From NCBI GenBank assembly GCA_051294905.1, contig CM119372.1:19470001-19534000 (forward strand): 64,000 bases of DNA. The letters are read 5' to 3'. This document shows positions 37,486 through 51,217 of the stretch, piece after piece (positions within the stretch are counted from its first letter, which is position 1; every line of letters begins with the position of its first letter). This stretch comes from Botryllus schlosseri (lineage: Eukaryota). Below the pieces are notes generated by a model. The model saw only the letters and a list, made by a program, of their open reading frames with translations, was not told the DNA's origin and searched no databases. The translations under genes were made by a program, and so were the position numbers.

Positions 37486-38825
37486 ATTTTGAGGATGTTC
37501 ATCATCGTGAAACCCACTCTGTGGAAGGGCGGACAAGAGAGTCGACGACAGTCACGATTATTTCGTCCCTTCGATTAGGACGCGAATCCAGTGAAGGCCT
37601 ATCTCAATTATGGAAAACGGGAAAATGAAATACACCAAATCAAAAAAAAACACAAATTATTAAATGTACACGGAATGGATACGTATTGATCTAGAATAGT
37701 TGAGCAAAAAAGTTACCAAATGGGGAGAAGGTATACAGGGTGAACGCGGGCGCTACCAATTACTTCCAATCAGTTATTTCGTTAACAAGGTACGAGCCAA
37801 ACTGTAGAGTAAAAGTACGTCTCTCAGTCTCAACAATTGAAGATACGTTCTATTAAAACATTCGTATCCGTTCCACGCAACCTTTGTCATAATCGAATCC
37901 ATCACAATTTCGACCCCTATGATCCTACAATCCTCCGTATCCAATCCATGTCTAGTCTATTGCCCGTAGTAGCTCAGTTGTTCTGATTTCGTGACGTTCG
38001 AGGACGAAATATATTACTGGAGCCTGCGATTGTACTTATATGCACATTGCACAATGCACAACCACGAGACTTGGAAACATTTGAATATGATATTGACCTG
38101 TTGTATTATGGTTTTATGCCATGCAGACATTGCAGACACTCGACCATACATAGGGTTGTATAGTATTTATGTGCAACTCATGGTACGCGAATAACGCGAT
38201 GCTCATAATCATTGACAATCATCAACCGTGACCGTATCTTATTCAGGCAACCGATTGTCTGTTGCACCCTGTTATTATGGTGTTCCATTATATTGCTAGG
38301 GATATTGTAGTAATATGGCTGGTAAGTCTATGTACATGTAGGCCTACTGTACATGTACAATTGTACATTGTAGAATGGTTATTTCGAGCATATCCTATTC
38401 GTCCTTGTCATATAATTAGGTAATTACCAATCCCAATAGCATTATCTTCCAATTCTTGGTTTTCTACCAGTCTTTAAAGGAGACCGTCGTGAAATTCATT
38501 TATCCAAAGAAAAAATAACTTCGTAGAACGCTAAAGACAAATTTTAATCGGACAGAATGTTCAATTGTTCATACGATTACACCCGGCAGGCCAGCACCAC
38601 CACCGGGATGATAATAGAAACATTCAAATTTCAAAAGAGGGATGTTTGCATTATAATTATCAAGTTAATTGGCACCCAGGCCATCAATTCTACTAACGTG
38701 ATAACTCAGTAAGGGTAAAGAAGGAAGACGCTGACCAATGTTTACTGTTTATTCTCAATTTCCCACGCTACTGTACGGAGTTATCATAGTTATCTCTGCT
38801 CACGTATGTTCCGCGCATTGTTCAA

Positions 38826-39488
38826 TAGGGCTCTTCAAAAATGACTTTTTTTCTCAAATCGTACTGGCTACTTGATAAAATTGTTAGGTTACCTAATTTA
38901 GGCCTACACACAAAATTTGGTACAATTCCAGCCAGTAACCGCTTTGCTACAGGAGAAGAAAGTTTCTATTTATTATATAAAAATAAATAATCAAAATTTT
39001 GAAATTTTTCTGTTTACCCCATGAAAGTGTTAGGCTGTCTATAGAAACGATGCTGACCAAATTTGGTTCAATTCCAACCAGAGGAAGCGGGGTTATTGCC
39101 GTCGAAAAATTTGGATTTGAATAAAATAGTATTTACGGTGACCGATTCTTTGCTTATTTATTATAGTTGTGCTCACCGTAAATACTATTTCATTCAAATC
39201 CAAATTTATCGACGGCAATAACTCCGCTTCCGCTGGTTGGAATTGAACCAAATTTGGTGAGCATTATTTCTATAGACAGCCTAGCACTTTCACGTGGTGA
39301 ACAGAAAATTTTCAAATTTTTTAATATTTATTTTTATATAATAAATAGAAACTTTCTTCTCCTGTAGCAAAGCGGTTACTGGCTGGAATTGAAGCAAATT
39401 TTGTATGTAGGCTTAAATTAGGTAACCTAACAATTTTACCAAGTAGCCAGTACGATTTGAGAAAAAAAGTCATTTTTGAAGAGCCCTA
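38826..39488. mobile_element. Palindromic (foldback) MITE, 663 bp, ~310-bp arms
   Basis: tagggctcttcaaaaatgac...gtcatttttgaagagcccta; perfect TSD TTGTTCAA. Half copy at ~43736-44081 and a related diverged foldback at ~42955-43425. Confidence 0.9.
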
Positions 39489-39730
39489 TTGTTCAACTCA
39501 GTTACCCATTGACTCCTTTTTGAACATCTGCTATCTGACACGTGCTGCATTGAGACCATCATGTAGGCTATATGCGAATGCGAATGCCCGAGTAGTAACA
39601 GAGATCTGGTACCTGGCTTTATCGCCTGAACTCATTAAAATTCCACCCTGTGCATTCGGTTGAATCAATTAGCTGGCGATATGCCCGCAGCCCACATACA
39701 AATACCGCATCTCGCGGCATTCGTGTAGTT

Positions 39731-41246
39731 CAGTGGTTCTTAACCTTGCCCCCAGCGCCCCCCAGGGGGCGCTGGCGATCTTGAAGGGGGGCGGAAACGC
39801 TTAGGGGGCGATATGGGGGGCGCTGGGCTCAGGGGGGCGGTATGGGGGGCGCTGGAGAAAAATGGCTTCGCAGTAGATGATGTGGTGATAGGACATATCC
39901 TTAATGAGTATTCAGAGCAAATTAACACCGAAAACTTCGTTACATATAGCCTTCAAAATACATATAGGTTTAATTGTCCATGGGCGCCTAAATGACTGAC
40001 ACCGAATGTTCCTGTCTTGGCAATCTGAACCCCAGAAGACGAATTCCATCTGGCAGGGAAAAATTATATGTCAGTGAAGAAATACCAATCTGAAATCGTG
40101 TGCGTCTTTTAGTCTAGTACGATTGGGCGACAGGGATATTCCTGTTAGGCGATATCCCCGTTGAGCGATTCTATATTTTTTGATATTGCAGACAGGGGGT
40201 CACGAAATAACATCATGCAACGAAGTCACACCAACGGGTTCGCCCGCCCGAATATATTAAATTATTAGTAACGGGCCCTACAGTTTCCAAGAAACCCCAC
40301 AATGTTCGCTTTAAGTTTTGATGAGTCTGCGCACACTCAACAACTCACTGCGCTGACCCTTGGACAACAGTGCGTAACGACTAAAAAAAAGGTAATAACT
40401 CCGGATTTGTTGTGCGCAACGTAGATTTTCTGTGTGCACAGACCGTGTCAGCACTGCGCACGTGCGCAGCTTAGAGGGAACATTGCACCTCACTCAGCTC
40501 TACCGGATAAAAATTGATCTCAATTTACATGCAATTCCCGATGATATTGACCAATTCAATCATTAATTAGTGAAATTTTTAGCACTTCGCGCGAATAGGC
40601 GAGAATAGCTGCCTCAGTAAATGGACACCCAATGTAGATAATTAATAGGCTATCAGCAAATAGCGGACAGCCTAATGGGGGTCTGGGAGTGAAGTCCCCC
40701 GGAAGTTTGGTTTATCACCCGATGGGGGCCCAGGACCAACGTTTTTTGTTTGGGGGGGGGGGGCCTGACGAAGTGCTGTTACGGCCCTGGTAACGAATAA
40801 TTGTACCTGCGGGCACGCCCGAATATGTTTAATTATTAATTACGTGCCCTTTATTTTTCTATACAACAGCTCACTCAGTGCTACTGGTAAATCTGATTAC
40901 GTGGGCTGAGAGGTAAAAAGTTTATAGCGACTTATATATGTAATTACCACCTATTCATTCATGCATTATGGAAAATTTTGGTACCTAGGGCGACCAGGCC
41001 ACACAAACTTTGCTGACCATCAAAATCACGATATGCGGTTCATGCGAAGACCGCAGAAGTTCGGTTTATCACGCTATGGGTGCGCAAGGCAATCGTTTTT
41101 AGGGGGGTTAACGAAGTGCTGTTACGGCCCTCCCTCTTACTCATTGTCTTTATTACATTCCTTACAATATGAAGTTGGGAGGGGGGCGCTGGAGCACGAT
41201 AATTTTTGAAAGGGGGCGCTGGAAGAAAAAAGGTTAAGAACCACTG
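39731..41246. mobile_element. hAT (Buster/Charlie-type) MITE family C (TIR CAGTGGTTCTTAACCTT), 1516 bp
   Basis: Perfect 17-bp TIRs; perfect TSD GTGTAGTT; GGGGGCGCTGG subterminal repeats. Confidence 0.92.
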
Positions 41247-41917
41247 GTGTAGTTCAATAATTGCATCATATAAAATAGTAAAGTTTTAGCATACAAAGAG
41301 AATGAAGTGATGAGTGATTTCCTGTGTTCCCAGGCCAAATCAGCATCCCAGATTGTGTAAACTGTAAGTTGTACTGATAATTGAAGTAGTTACGTACTTT
41401 CCTGACTCATTAACCCGAAGGTTCAACGTTCAAAATAGTATACGTCACGGCACCCCGCCTACAGTGGATTCAGTATCTACGTAGCACCATCCATCTTAGT
41501 TCACTGACCCCTAAATAGGTCAAGCCGTTATTTATTTATACGGGGATAATGAGAACAGATTGACTAATTTCTGAGAAGCTGAGTGGATAATTTATCGCTA
41601 CATTGTCCAGAAGAGAATAACTATGAGATGGATGGATATTTAAGTTGTAGTTGAGTACTGACTATAGGGCTTTTTACGAAGCACTCTTTTGGTAATTGAA
41701 ACCAAGTAAACTCCATAAGTAGCCTACGTTCGGTAACAAAAACTCCTTTTCCGGTTCAATAGGTTGATTTTAAACCACTCTTACGCATGTAGAAGGTGGG
41801 ATCTGCACGAATTCAAGTACAATATAAATGTAACCATTTCACTGCTGTTGACCTGACTTGACTAACAAAACAAAGGAACAATTGATGTTACACTAATTCT
41901 TGACGCAATGACCTAGC

Positions 41918-42838
41918 CAGTGTTGGGATCAAGTCACTACCTTCGAGTCACGAGTCATTTCGAGTCATTGCACATTTGACTCGAGTCAAGTCAAGTCACT
42001 CGATTTTTGGAGGTGACTCGAGTCAAGTCGAGTCAAGTCAAGTCAAGTCACGAGTCAAGTCACAATTCAAGTCAAGTTGCCTTTTCGAAGTATGAGGCAT
42101 GATTACGTCATTGCATTTTGCTAGCTGTCTGAAATACATATTAAGTGGTCATTGATTCTCAACCGCTAAACGAATATAGAGTTGAATATACACGCAGGAA
42201 GGCGCTGTATCACTCACATGTATGTAGAACTGATAAACTGCGTAAGTAATTACATAGCTTCAGTTGATAGTTACCAGCCAAAATAGAGAATAGAGAATTG
42301 ATTGAGAACGAATTGATAAGACGCAATACATTACCCATGATACAATTCGAGCCTGCACAAATAGTTGGGGACTATATAAACATATTCGAATTCAATTTCA
42401 ATAAAACAAGAGGTTTGCTTAAGGTGAGAATAGAAAAATACATTTTGCCATTCAATTACTTGTACTACTAGTTTACGACAACGTAAGCCATAAGCTTCGA
42501 TTCCTTCGTTTGCGGTCAATTTATTTGTGAGAGAACAATTGAGGCTCAGTAAAACGCACGATCATTGAATGTGGTCGCAGTCTCATGGGTTACACCAGCG
42601 TTTTGCGAAAATCCAAAGATATTACAGATACAGATTTTTATCGGCACCGATTACTTGATGACTTGAAATTGACTCGTGAATTTAGCTCCGAGTCACGAGT
42701 CAATCCACATTTCTGATACGCCGAGTCAAGTCAAGTCAAGTCATTTTAGCAAAGTGACTCGAGTCAAGTCAAGTCATACGAAAAAGGTGACTCGAGTCTG
42801 ACTCGAGTCAAGTCATGACTCGAGTCATCCCAACACTG
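41918..42838. mobile_element. hAT-type MITE family D, second copy
   Basis: cagtgttgggat...atcccaacactg; flanks TGACCTAGC/TGACCTAC; reverse complement of 17951-18870. Confidence 0.88.
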
Positions 42839-44656
42839 TGACCTACTTGCTGTAAGCCAGGGGTACCAAACTCAAAACAGGTCACGGGCCACTTTTCAAA
42901 TGTCGTAGAGGCCGCGGGCCGCAAGAATGCAATATCGATACAAAATAGGCCAAGGGTAGTCCAAATCCAAACATATTAACCTTTTTTCCTGATTCCAGGA
43001 TACTGCACGCAAATTTGGCTCGGCGATGTGAAAGCACAGGATTTGAAAATTTTGAATTCATTAAAAAGAATAAAACTACTGTCAACCCCATGAAATTGTT
43101 AAGTTGTCTAAAGGAACGATGCTGAACAAAGATGGCATCCCAGAATTATTAATTAAAAACTTGAATAACTTCGCTTATACGGATTAGAATTGCGTCAAAT
43201 TTGTTTTATATCGTTTTTGTAGACTCAACAATTTCATGAGGTTGACAGAAAAATTTGAAACAAAAAAAAATTTAAAAAAAAAATAAATTCGAAACTCCTG
43301 TGCGTTCACATCTACCAGCTGGAATCGAGCCAAATTTGGTGTGCAGGATTATTTTACGCAATCTGACAATTTAATCATCAGTGAATCCCCGGAATCCAGA
43401 AAAAAAGTTATATTTTAGCAACCACTCGAAAGGCCACACTTTTTGCAACCACGTTTCAAATATCTGCGTCAGTACAATGGTGTAATAAAATATGCTCAAG
43501 TTCAACAAGAAATACCATCATCATCAATCTCGTCTTAGTTAGAATGCGAGCTGTGCACGATACCTGACAACGATTTTCAGCGACTAAGGAATCGATAGTG
43601 CGGCTAGCAAGACATCCTATATACCACCTAAAATACTATCTTCTCGTAGGCTTGATCTTGCGGGGAAGTCAAGCCGTTTACTCGGCGTCTCGGCCTTGGC
43701 GCTATCTGGGCCAACGACAAGGCAATATGCCCATTACGGGTGTTCAAAAATGACTTTTTTTCTCAAATTGTACTGGCTACTTGATAAAATTGTTCGGTTA
43801 CCTAATTGAAGCCTGCACACCAAATTTGGTTCCATTCCAATCAGTAGCCGCATTGCTGCAGGAGAAGAAAGTTTTTTATTTATTATGTAAAAATAAATAA
43901 GTTAAAAAATTTCTGTTCAGCACAAGAAATTGTTGAAACGATGCTCACCAAATTTGGTTTGGTTCCAACCAGTGGAAGCGGAGTTATCGCCGTCGAAAAA
44001 TTTGGATTTTAATAAAATAGTATTTATGGAGGCCAATTCTTTAATTATTTATTACAGATGTGCCCACCGTAAATACTATTTGAGAAACAGCCGCCTGATA
44101 GCCACACTGAATGACGACGAGAAGGAAGAGAATCAAATATAATAATATTATAATCAATATGCGTCAGATTTTATTTTCATCACTCACATTATACTGTGCG
44201 ATACACAAGACACAATGCGATGTAATGAACAGATAGGAGGATGCCAAAACGACCAGCTGCGGTCTCTACATCAACCTCGGCCTAGTGCCCGATCTCACAG
44301 TTTTCCGATGTTAATCTTCATGCGACGGCCCATTTTATACGCTCTTTATTGCTATTTTCATTCGTTTTCATTTTGACTAGGTTCTTCATCGGGCCTTTTT
44401 TTCTGGTTAAGAGGAGCCCATATAAGCCCGCAATCTGCTGCGAATCGAAGCCTCGCCCACGAAGGCCCCGTTCCACCAAATCAGTCACAATTCGACTACT
44501 GAGTTGACTATGTAGGAGTTGGGTGTAATTTACTTCCAGGGAACCCCTGAGACTGACTCACGGAGCCACTGGTGTTCCATGGAACACCGGTTGCGAACCA
44601 CTGGATTAAAGGTGTCCGCGTTGTTGGCGACATACACAGGAATTGCGACGGACTCA

Positions 44657-46294
44657 CACGGGCGTAGCCAGAAAAAAATATTTGGGAGGGGCGAAAAATT
44701 CGATGACGTAAATGACCCCCCCCCCCTTAAAAAAGAGTAGAAAATTTGTAAAAAAAAACGATGATCTTAGGCTCTTATTGGATGCTAAACACAACATCTG
44801 GGGCGATCGTTTAACGTACATATATTCCAGCACGCACAGACATAAAGGGATGTGATAATTGATTGTTGAAAAATCAGACGTGAACACTTTCGCGCAAAGC
44901 GCGAAAATCTTTCATGGTTAATGAAATCGGTTTATTATATTATTACCTTCATATTGAAAATACGTTTTCATTATCAGATTTACCGGTAGGGCTGATAGAA
45001 GTGGTGTCATCGAACATTCAGGGGGCACCTAATTATACATCTTGAGCTATATGTTCTTACCACACGGCAGACTATTTATGAATTTATAGAGGGAGGGCGA
45101 CGGTCGGGGTAGTTGTTATTTATTGCTGTTACTTCATGAATTGCGGAGAAAGCTGTCACCATTTAAAAGATCGCTCACACGCACGGTCGTAGCGCCACGT
45201 ATCTAGAAAAACAATTGGGTAGAAGCAAATTATTTAGAAGTTTAGAAGAGCTTCCCCGACATCGCAGAACCGTACATTCTTCCATGGCCAATTTCATCGA
45301 GACCCTTTTACACATACGATTCTTAGACGCACACACACCCTACGGAAGCTTCCAGTTGCCAGCTAACGTTGTATTTGGGCGATCGTTTCACGGAATAGCC
45401 CGAATCGCTGACATTAGGTGATGAACAATCAGTGTGGATTTCGGACCTAGTAGTCGCGCGGAGCGTTAATTTTTGTATTTTTGAATAAATGGAAGAATTT
45501 GATCAATAATAAATATTGGTGCTTGTATATAAGCAAATGCTGGCCATTCTTATTAATTACTTCGTTGAAGCGCGGTTATTTAGCAACCTTTGGTAAAGAT
45601 TGACGCTACTTTAAAGATTGGAATCGCTGATACATACTAGACCAAATTAAAAGAAAAACTCTTTTTATCAGACTCGTTCGATTTCAAATTAGCACTTTTT
45701 AACGGGAGGGGGCAATATTTTTCTGTACCAGTTGCATTTTTATCGGAGTAGTCTGATTGCAGGGACAGGATCATTAGGCACCAGCCATTTAAGCACCCGA
45801 AAATCTGTATCGCAGGCTTCGGAATACACGCGTCGGTTTTATGGCCGTCAATCCTTTTGGAAGCGCACTTTGTGGAGTCGGGTGTAGCCTACTCTATATG
45901 TCTTCGCGTGTCCCGGAACGGAAATTGCCGGAACTAACAGTCCTCAATCCCCTTACTGAATTGACACCCCCCAACTCAACAGCCTCGGGTTACTCTATAG
46001 ATAGTGTATCTACTGGTACTATTGTATTCTCATAATTGAGAATGCAGCTTAAGTCAACTATGGGTATTTGCGAGAGAATATATTTTCAGGATACCTATAC
46101 TAAAATCAAGAAATGTATGGACATGGACACTAAATCGCGCTGGGCGCGAAGAAAAATTTTAGGTTGCATACATCTGACCTACAATACTGTAATATTTATT
46201 GATTTTACGAAAAATTTCCAAAAATGTGGGGGGAGCGATTGCCCCTTTCGTCCCAGGGTTATCCCTGTTTCGCCATCCCCTGGCTACGCCAATG
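44657..46294. mobile_element. hAT-type non-autonomous element (TIR CAnnGGCGTAGCCAG)
   Basis: cacgggcgtagccag...ctggctacgccaatg; TSD CGGACTCA/CGGACACA (7/8). Confidence 0.75.
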
Positions 46295-46572
46295 CGGACA
46301 CACACCATTTGACGTAGGCTATTCGGCCAATCTATGAAGATATCTAGATTCGAAGGTGGAGCTCGACTCTATGCTGCCACACCACGCATTTACCGCAATT
46401 TAAGGGTAGGCTATATATAGACTCATGGAGGTATATATAAATTCAATATACAATTGAATAATATAACGGTATTCCTATTGAAACATACTCAACGAATATT
46501 AGCGGAACACACTCTTCGGGGTAATCGTCAGCAAAGATTATAGAATTGTGAAGATCGTAGTATAGTACGGGG

Positions 46573-48770
46573 TAGGGATGGTGTGAACGCGAGGTTCACG
46601 TTCGCGTTCTGTGTGTGAACCTCGGAAATTTAGAGGTTCGCGTTCACAACAGAACCTTGGCAGGTTCTGCACTGTGAACCTTTTTCATATATTACAATTT
46701 TCACTTCTTTATGATATCTTTGGTTCGAATTTATTGCATTTCAACTGCGTGCCACTCTATGCATGGCGCTGGCGTCATAAAAAATCTACACAAAACGAGC
46801 ATGCACCTTGACTATCTCAAAGATTTAACTTGCTGTGTTACAAAAGTTTGCTCGAAATATCCAGCTTTCCGTTTGTGAATATTTAATTTAGTGACTTTTG
46901 CTGTGGGCTTGACCCGCAATCACACAACATCACGAGGGACATACACTACATGTAGTCCGTGAATGATGCTTATTCAACCAATCAATGAGATTGATATCGT
47001 TTTTTGATGTAACAAATCTAGCAAGCGTACGGGGTCAATCTTGACTTCATTTGTTTACTGCATCATTAAAACTAAATCCGTGCGATTAAGGTAATGCATG
47101 ACTACAGCTGTATAACTTGTGGGGTAGCCTATTATCGGTAGAAAATATAGAAACCTGTTTTACACTCTGCTCAATATCAATGTAGCAATACTCGGACGCC
47201 GAATACATTGTCCATCTGGCCAAGACCGTTACTGCGTAAGCTTTTATATTCCGTGGCAAGTCCTCGTCGGAATTGTTGGCAAAACGACGGATGATATTGA
47301 TTTTATGGGAGTATTATATCATTTGATTGCCTCAGTTGATACATTTAGCGACGTTTAAAACGCCAATATGTGCTTCAGCATTGTGGCTTTATGTGGCCCG
47401 AGTCGTCGCTAGGTATCGTGTACATTACTATAGGCCAGTGGTTCTTAACCTTTTTTCCTCCAGCGCCCCCTTTCAAAAATTATCGTGCTCCAGCACCCCC
47501 CCCAAACTTCATAATGTAAGGAATGTAATAAAAACAATAAGTAAGAGGGAGGGCCGTAACAGCACTTCGTCAACCCCCTAAAAACGATTGCCTTGCGCAC
47601 CCATAGCGTGATAAACCGAACTTCTGCGGGCTTCGCCCCCATGAACCCCCTATCGTGATTTCGATGTTCAGCAAAGTTTGTGTGGCCTGGTCACCCTAGG
47701 TACCAAAATTTTCTATAATGCATGAATGAATAGGTGGTAATTACATATATAAGTCGCGATAAACTGAGTGAGCTGTTGTATAGGAAGATAAAGGGCACGT
47801 AATTGATAATTAAACATCTTCGGGCGTGCCCGCAGGTACAATTATTCGTTACCAGGGCCGTAACAGCACTTCGCCAGCCCCCCCCCCAACAAAAAACGTT
47901 GGTCCTGGGTCTCTGCGCACAGAAAATCTACGTTGCGCACAACAAATCCGAAGTTATTACCTTTTTTTAGTCGATACGCACTGTTGTCCAGGGGTCAGCG
48001 CAGTGTGTTGAGTGTGCGCAGACTCATCAAAACTTGAAGCAAACATTGTGAGGTTTCTTGGAAACTGTAGGGCCCGTTACTAATAATTAAACATATTCGG
48101 GCGGGCGAACCCGTTGGTATGACTTCGTTGCATGATGTTATTTCGTGACCCCCTGTCTGCAATATCAAAAAATATAGAATCACTCAACGGGGATATCGCC
48201 CAACAGGAATATCCCTGTCGCCCAATCGTGCTAAACTAAAAGACGCACACGATTTCAGATTGGTATTTCTTCACTGACATATAATATTTCCCTGGCAGAT
48301 GGAATTCGTCTTCTGGGGTTCAAATTGCCAAGACAGGAACATTCGGTGTCAGTCATTTAGGCGCCCATGGACAATTAAACATATATGTATTTTGAAGGCT
48401 ATATGTAACGAAGTTTTCGGTGATAATTTGCTCTGAATACTCATTAAGGATATGTCCTATCACCACATCATCTACTGCGAAGCCATTTTTCTCCAGCGCC
48501 CCCCATACCACCCCCCTGAGCCCAGCGCCCCCCATATCGCCCCCTGAGCGTTTCCGCCCCCCTTCAACATCGCCAGCGCCCCCTGGGGGGCGCTGGGGGC
48601 AAGGTTAAGAACCACTGCTATAGGCTATCACTACATTGAATGATAGGGCTGGAATCAGCAATATGACGTCACGTGACGTCACGAGGTTCACGTTCGCGTT
48701 CACACAGAACCTTTCAAAAAGGTTCGCGTTCACACGAACCTGAACCTTTCAGAGGTTCACACCATCCCTA
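46573..48770. mobile_element. MITE family A copy containing a nested family C element
   Basis: tagggatggtgtgaac...gttcacaccatcccta; flanked by a CGGGG direct repeat; colinear with 1253-2235 once 47436-48617 is removed. Confidence 0.88.
47436..48617. mobile_element. MITE family C, inverted and internally deleted copy nested in family A
   Basis: cagtggttcttaacctt...aaggttaagaaccactg; perfect TSD CTATAGGC. Confidence 0.92.
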
Positions 48771-51131
48771 CGGGGCTCTTCAACCGGGTGTTTCGTACAC
48801 CCTGGGGTGCACCAAAATGTTGAAAAAGTGTACCACTCAGATGGGGTGTACCAGACCCGAATTAAAATGGTCCAATGACAAGCTATCACAATAAATAGGC
48901 AAGTTGGTGCCTCAGAACATGTTGACCGGTCATGTGCAATATAGTACAATGTTCATACCAGCTGTAGGCAGCTTGTAAATTACATTCCTTTTTTAATGGC
49001 ATAAGCAACTTCTTTGACTGATCATCTCAAAGGCGTTGGTAATGGATCGAGTTTGAGAAACACTGTGTTAGGTGGTGGTACGGTAACCCGAAGCCCTGAT
49101 TAGTATTTAGCATTCCCAATACGTTGCAGCCTTTTTCATCCATATTTCAACAGGCCAGAGATGGAAACCTGTAGGGGTACGGTCGCATGCCGCCGTTAAA
49201 CAATAATTACGCGACCCACTACACATAATTAAGTTAGCGTGTGTTGGCGGCCGTCAATATGCAATTTGAATTAACGAATTGGTTCCTAAAAATTTGAGAG
49301 ATTTTAATTGTTGTTGTTGTTTATTGAAAGAAAAATTTTGGCGTTTAACACTTGTTGATCTTTTGCACTACGGTCAATAATGGCATAAGAAGAAATGATA
49401 AGCAGTCAATGATGACGTGCGTAATGGATAGCAGATATAGCACCACGAAAAAATATCAAGGCTAAAAAAGGAAATTTCGGAGCGGTGGGATAATACAACA
49501 GTCACGGCTATTCACAAATGGTGGTTGCAGGGTAACACAGAGAATTGAATTAAGCTTGAAAATCTTATTCACGCTTGGTGGGATTCAGGGTGATTCGTTT
49601 TTAATGTAACAGTGTAATCTGCGCCACACCGTACATAAGCGAATCGCGGAGGAAAATGATGCACCCCATAAAGAAATACTATGTCGGAATCGTGTGCGTC
49701 TCAGGAATGAAGGCTTTTCTGCTACGTGTGGGTGATTCCATTCCAATATATATTTCAACCATGCCAACAATCCTGATCGGACGTCAAAAAACACAACGTG
49801 CAAAAAAGTGATTATTTAAAACGGAAGAAGCATCATCATCATTAATTTAGTGCCTAAAATTTTCAAAGACAACCCCTCCATCATCTCCATCAGTTAATGG
49901 AACCACGTTGGCTAAGAATGGATATAAATTTGACAGCAATATATGAAACAACCAATAGTATTGACGAAATTATTTTCCCGGTAGAAAAGGAGTCCGGATA
50001 TAATTTCCTAGCATTTATACTCGCAATTTTGGTGCATAGATATAGTAAGTCTCCAACACAGGTAAAAACCTTTATACGAAAGGTATATCTCAAGAAATCA
50101 GTGATGTCACAGAACCCCACTAGGGCTATCCGCGGTGCCAACTGCCAAGTTTCCACTAGCCAATATATCGTGAGTATATAACGTCGAGATGCGCCATGAC
50201 GGTTCTCTGCCGCAATGCGACTGTATGCTATCTAACCGAAATACGGCTGTGAATAGCGAAACGGTTGAACACCTGTATTAGGCCACCACGGTATCAGCGT
50301 GTTATGTGGTCAGGGGTGTACGAGTTTCGAGTAATAGCCTAAACGTTAAAAGGGTGTACCACGACGAAAAAGGTTGAAGAGTATACTTTATAGTATATCA
50401 ACAATCGTATCACCAAATATGGCGTCACCGGCATGAAAAGAGAGAGAGAGAGAGAGTCTTTATTTTCATGCCACCAAAATACATAACACACGGCAGTGAT
50501 GGTGGTACAGAAAATATTCAATGCACAGTATTCGGTATTAGATAGGAATGATCGATAAGACAGTGAATGTTATCTAGTCATCACACCAGCATCAAACAGG
50601 TACACTTGACTCTAAACAGTCTGGCTGTAAAAAACGTTAGTTAAAACAGGAAAATAGAAGAAAAATTAAACGATGGTAGCAAACGATCAATGAAGCAATA
50701 CCTGGGTGAGGTAGGGCAACAGTGTTAGTGTAACGACAAGAGGTGATCAAGTAGGTCTTTTCTGAATATATTATCAGTAGGGCGATTTTTTTTTGACCTA
50801 AAAAACAAAAGATTTTGACCTAAAAAATCTAAATTTTGACATTTTTTGACCTTAAAAAACTAAATTTTGACCTAACGTATGCAAATTAGGTGTTTTCCCA
50901 AAAAATGTTAGAATTTTACTACTTATCCTCATTTCTGGTTTGAATTGTCTGTCCTTACGAAGTAGTTTTCCCTGAAAAACTTGTTTGACTCAAAAACTGA
51001 CAAATTTTACATGAAGAAATATTATTTTAACAAAATTTGGCCCTATCATGAATTCCAGTACATGATGTACTATGGTGAAAATAATTAACATTTGTTGTAG
51101 TACAACGAAAGATACTTTCCTGCATTCTCGG

Positions 51132-51173
51132 CAGGGATATCTAGTTCTAGATATCTAGTTCTAGATATCCCTG
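51132..51173. mobile_element. 42-bp micro TIR element with perfect 8-bp TSD
   Basis: ATTCTCGG-[CAGGGATATCTAG TTCTAGATATCTAGTT CTAGATATCCCTG]-ATTCTCGG. Confidence 0.8.
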
Positions 51174-51217
51174 ATTCTCGGGTAAAAAGTGTCTGTCTTT
51201 ACTAACTAGCTTGCCAA

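Noticed and set aside
49585..50181. Possible transposase or gene remnant
   Set aside because: No recognisable motif in the frames examined.
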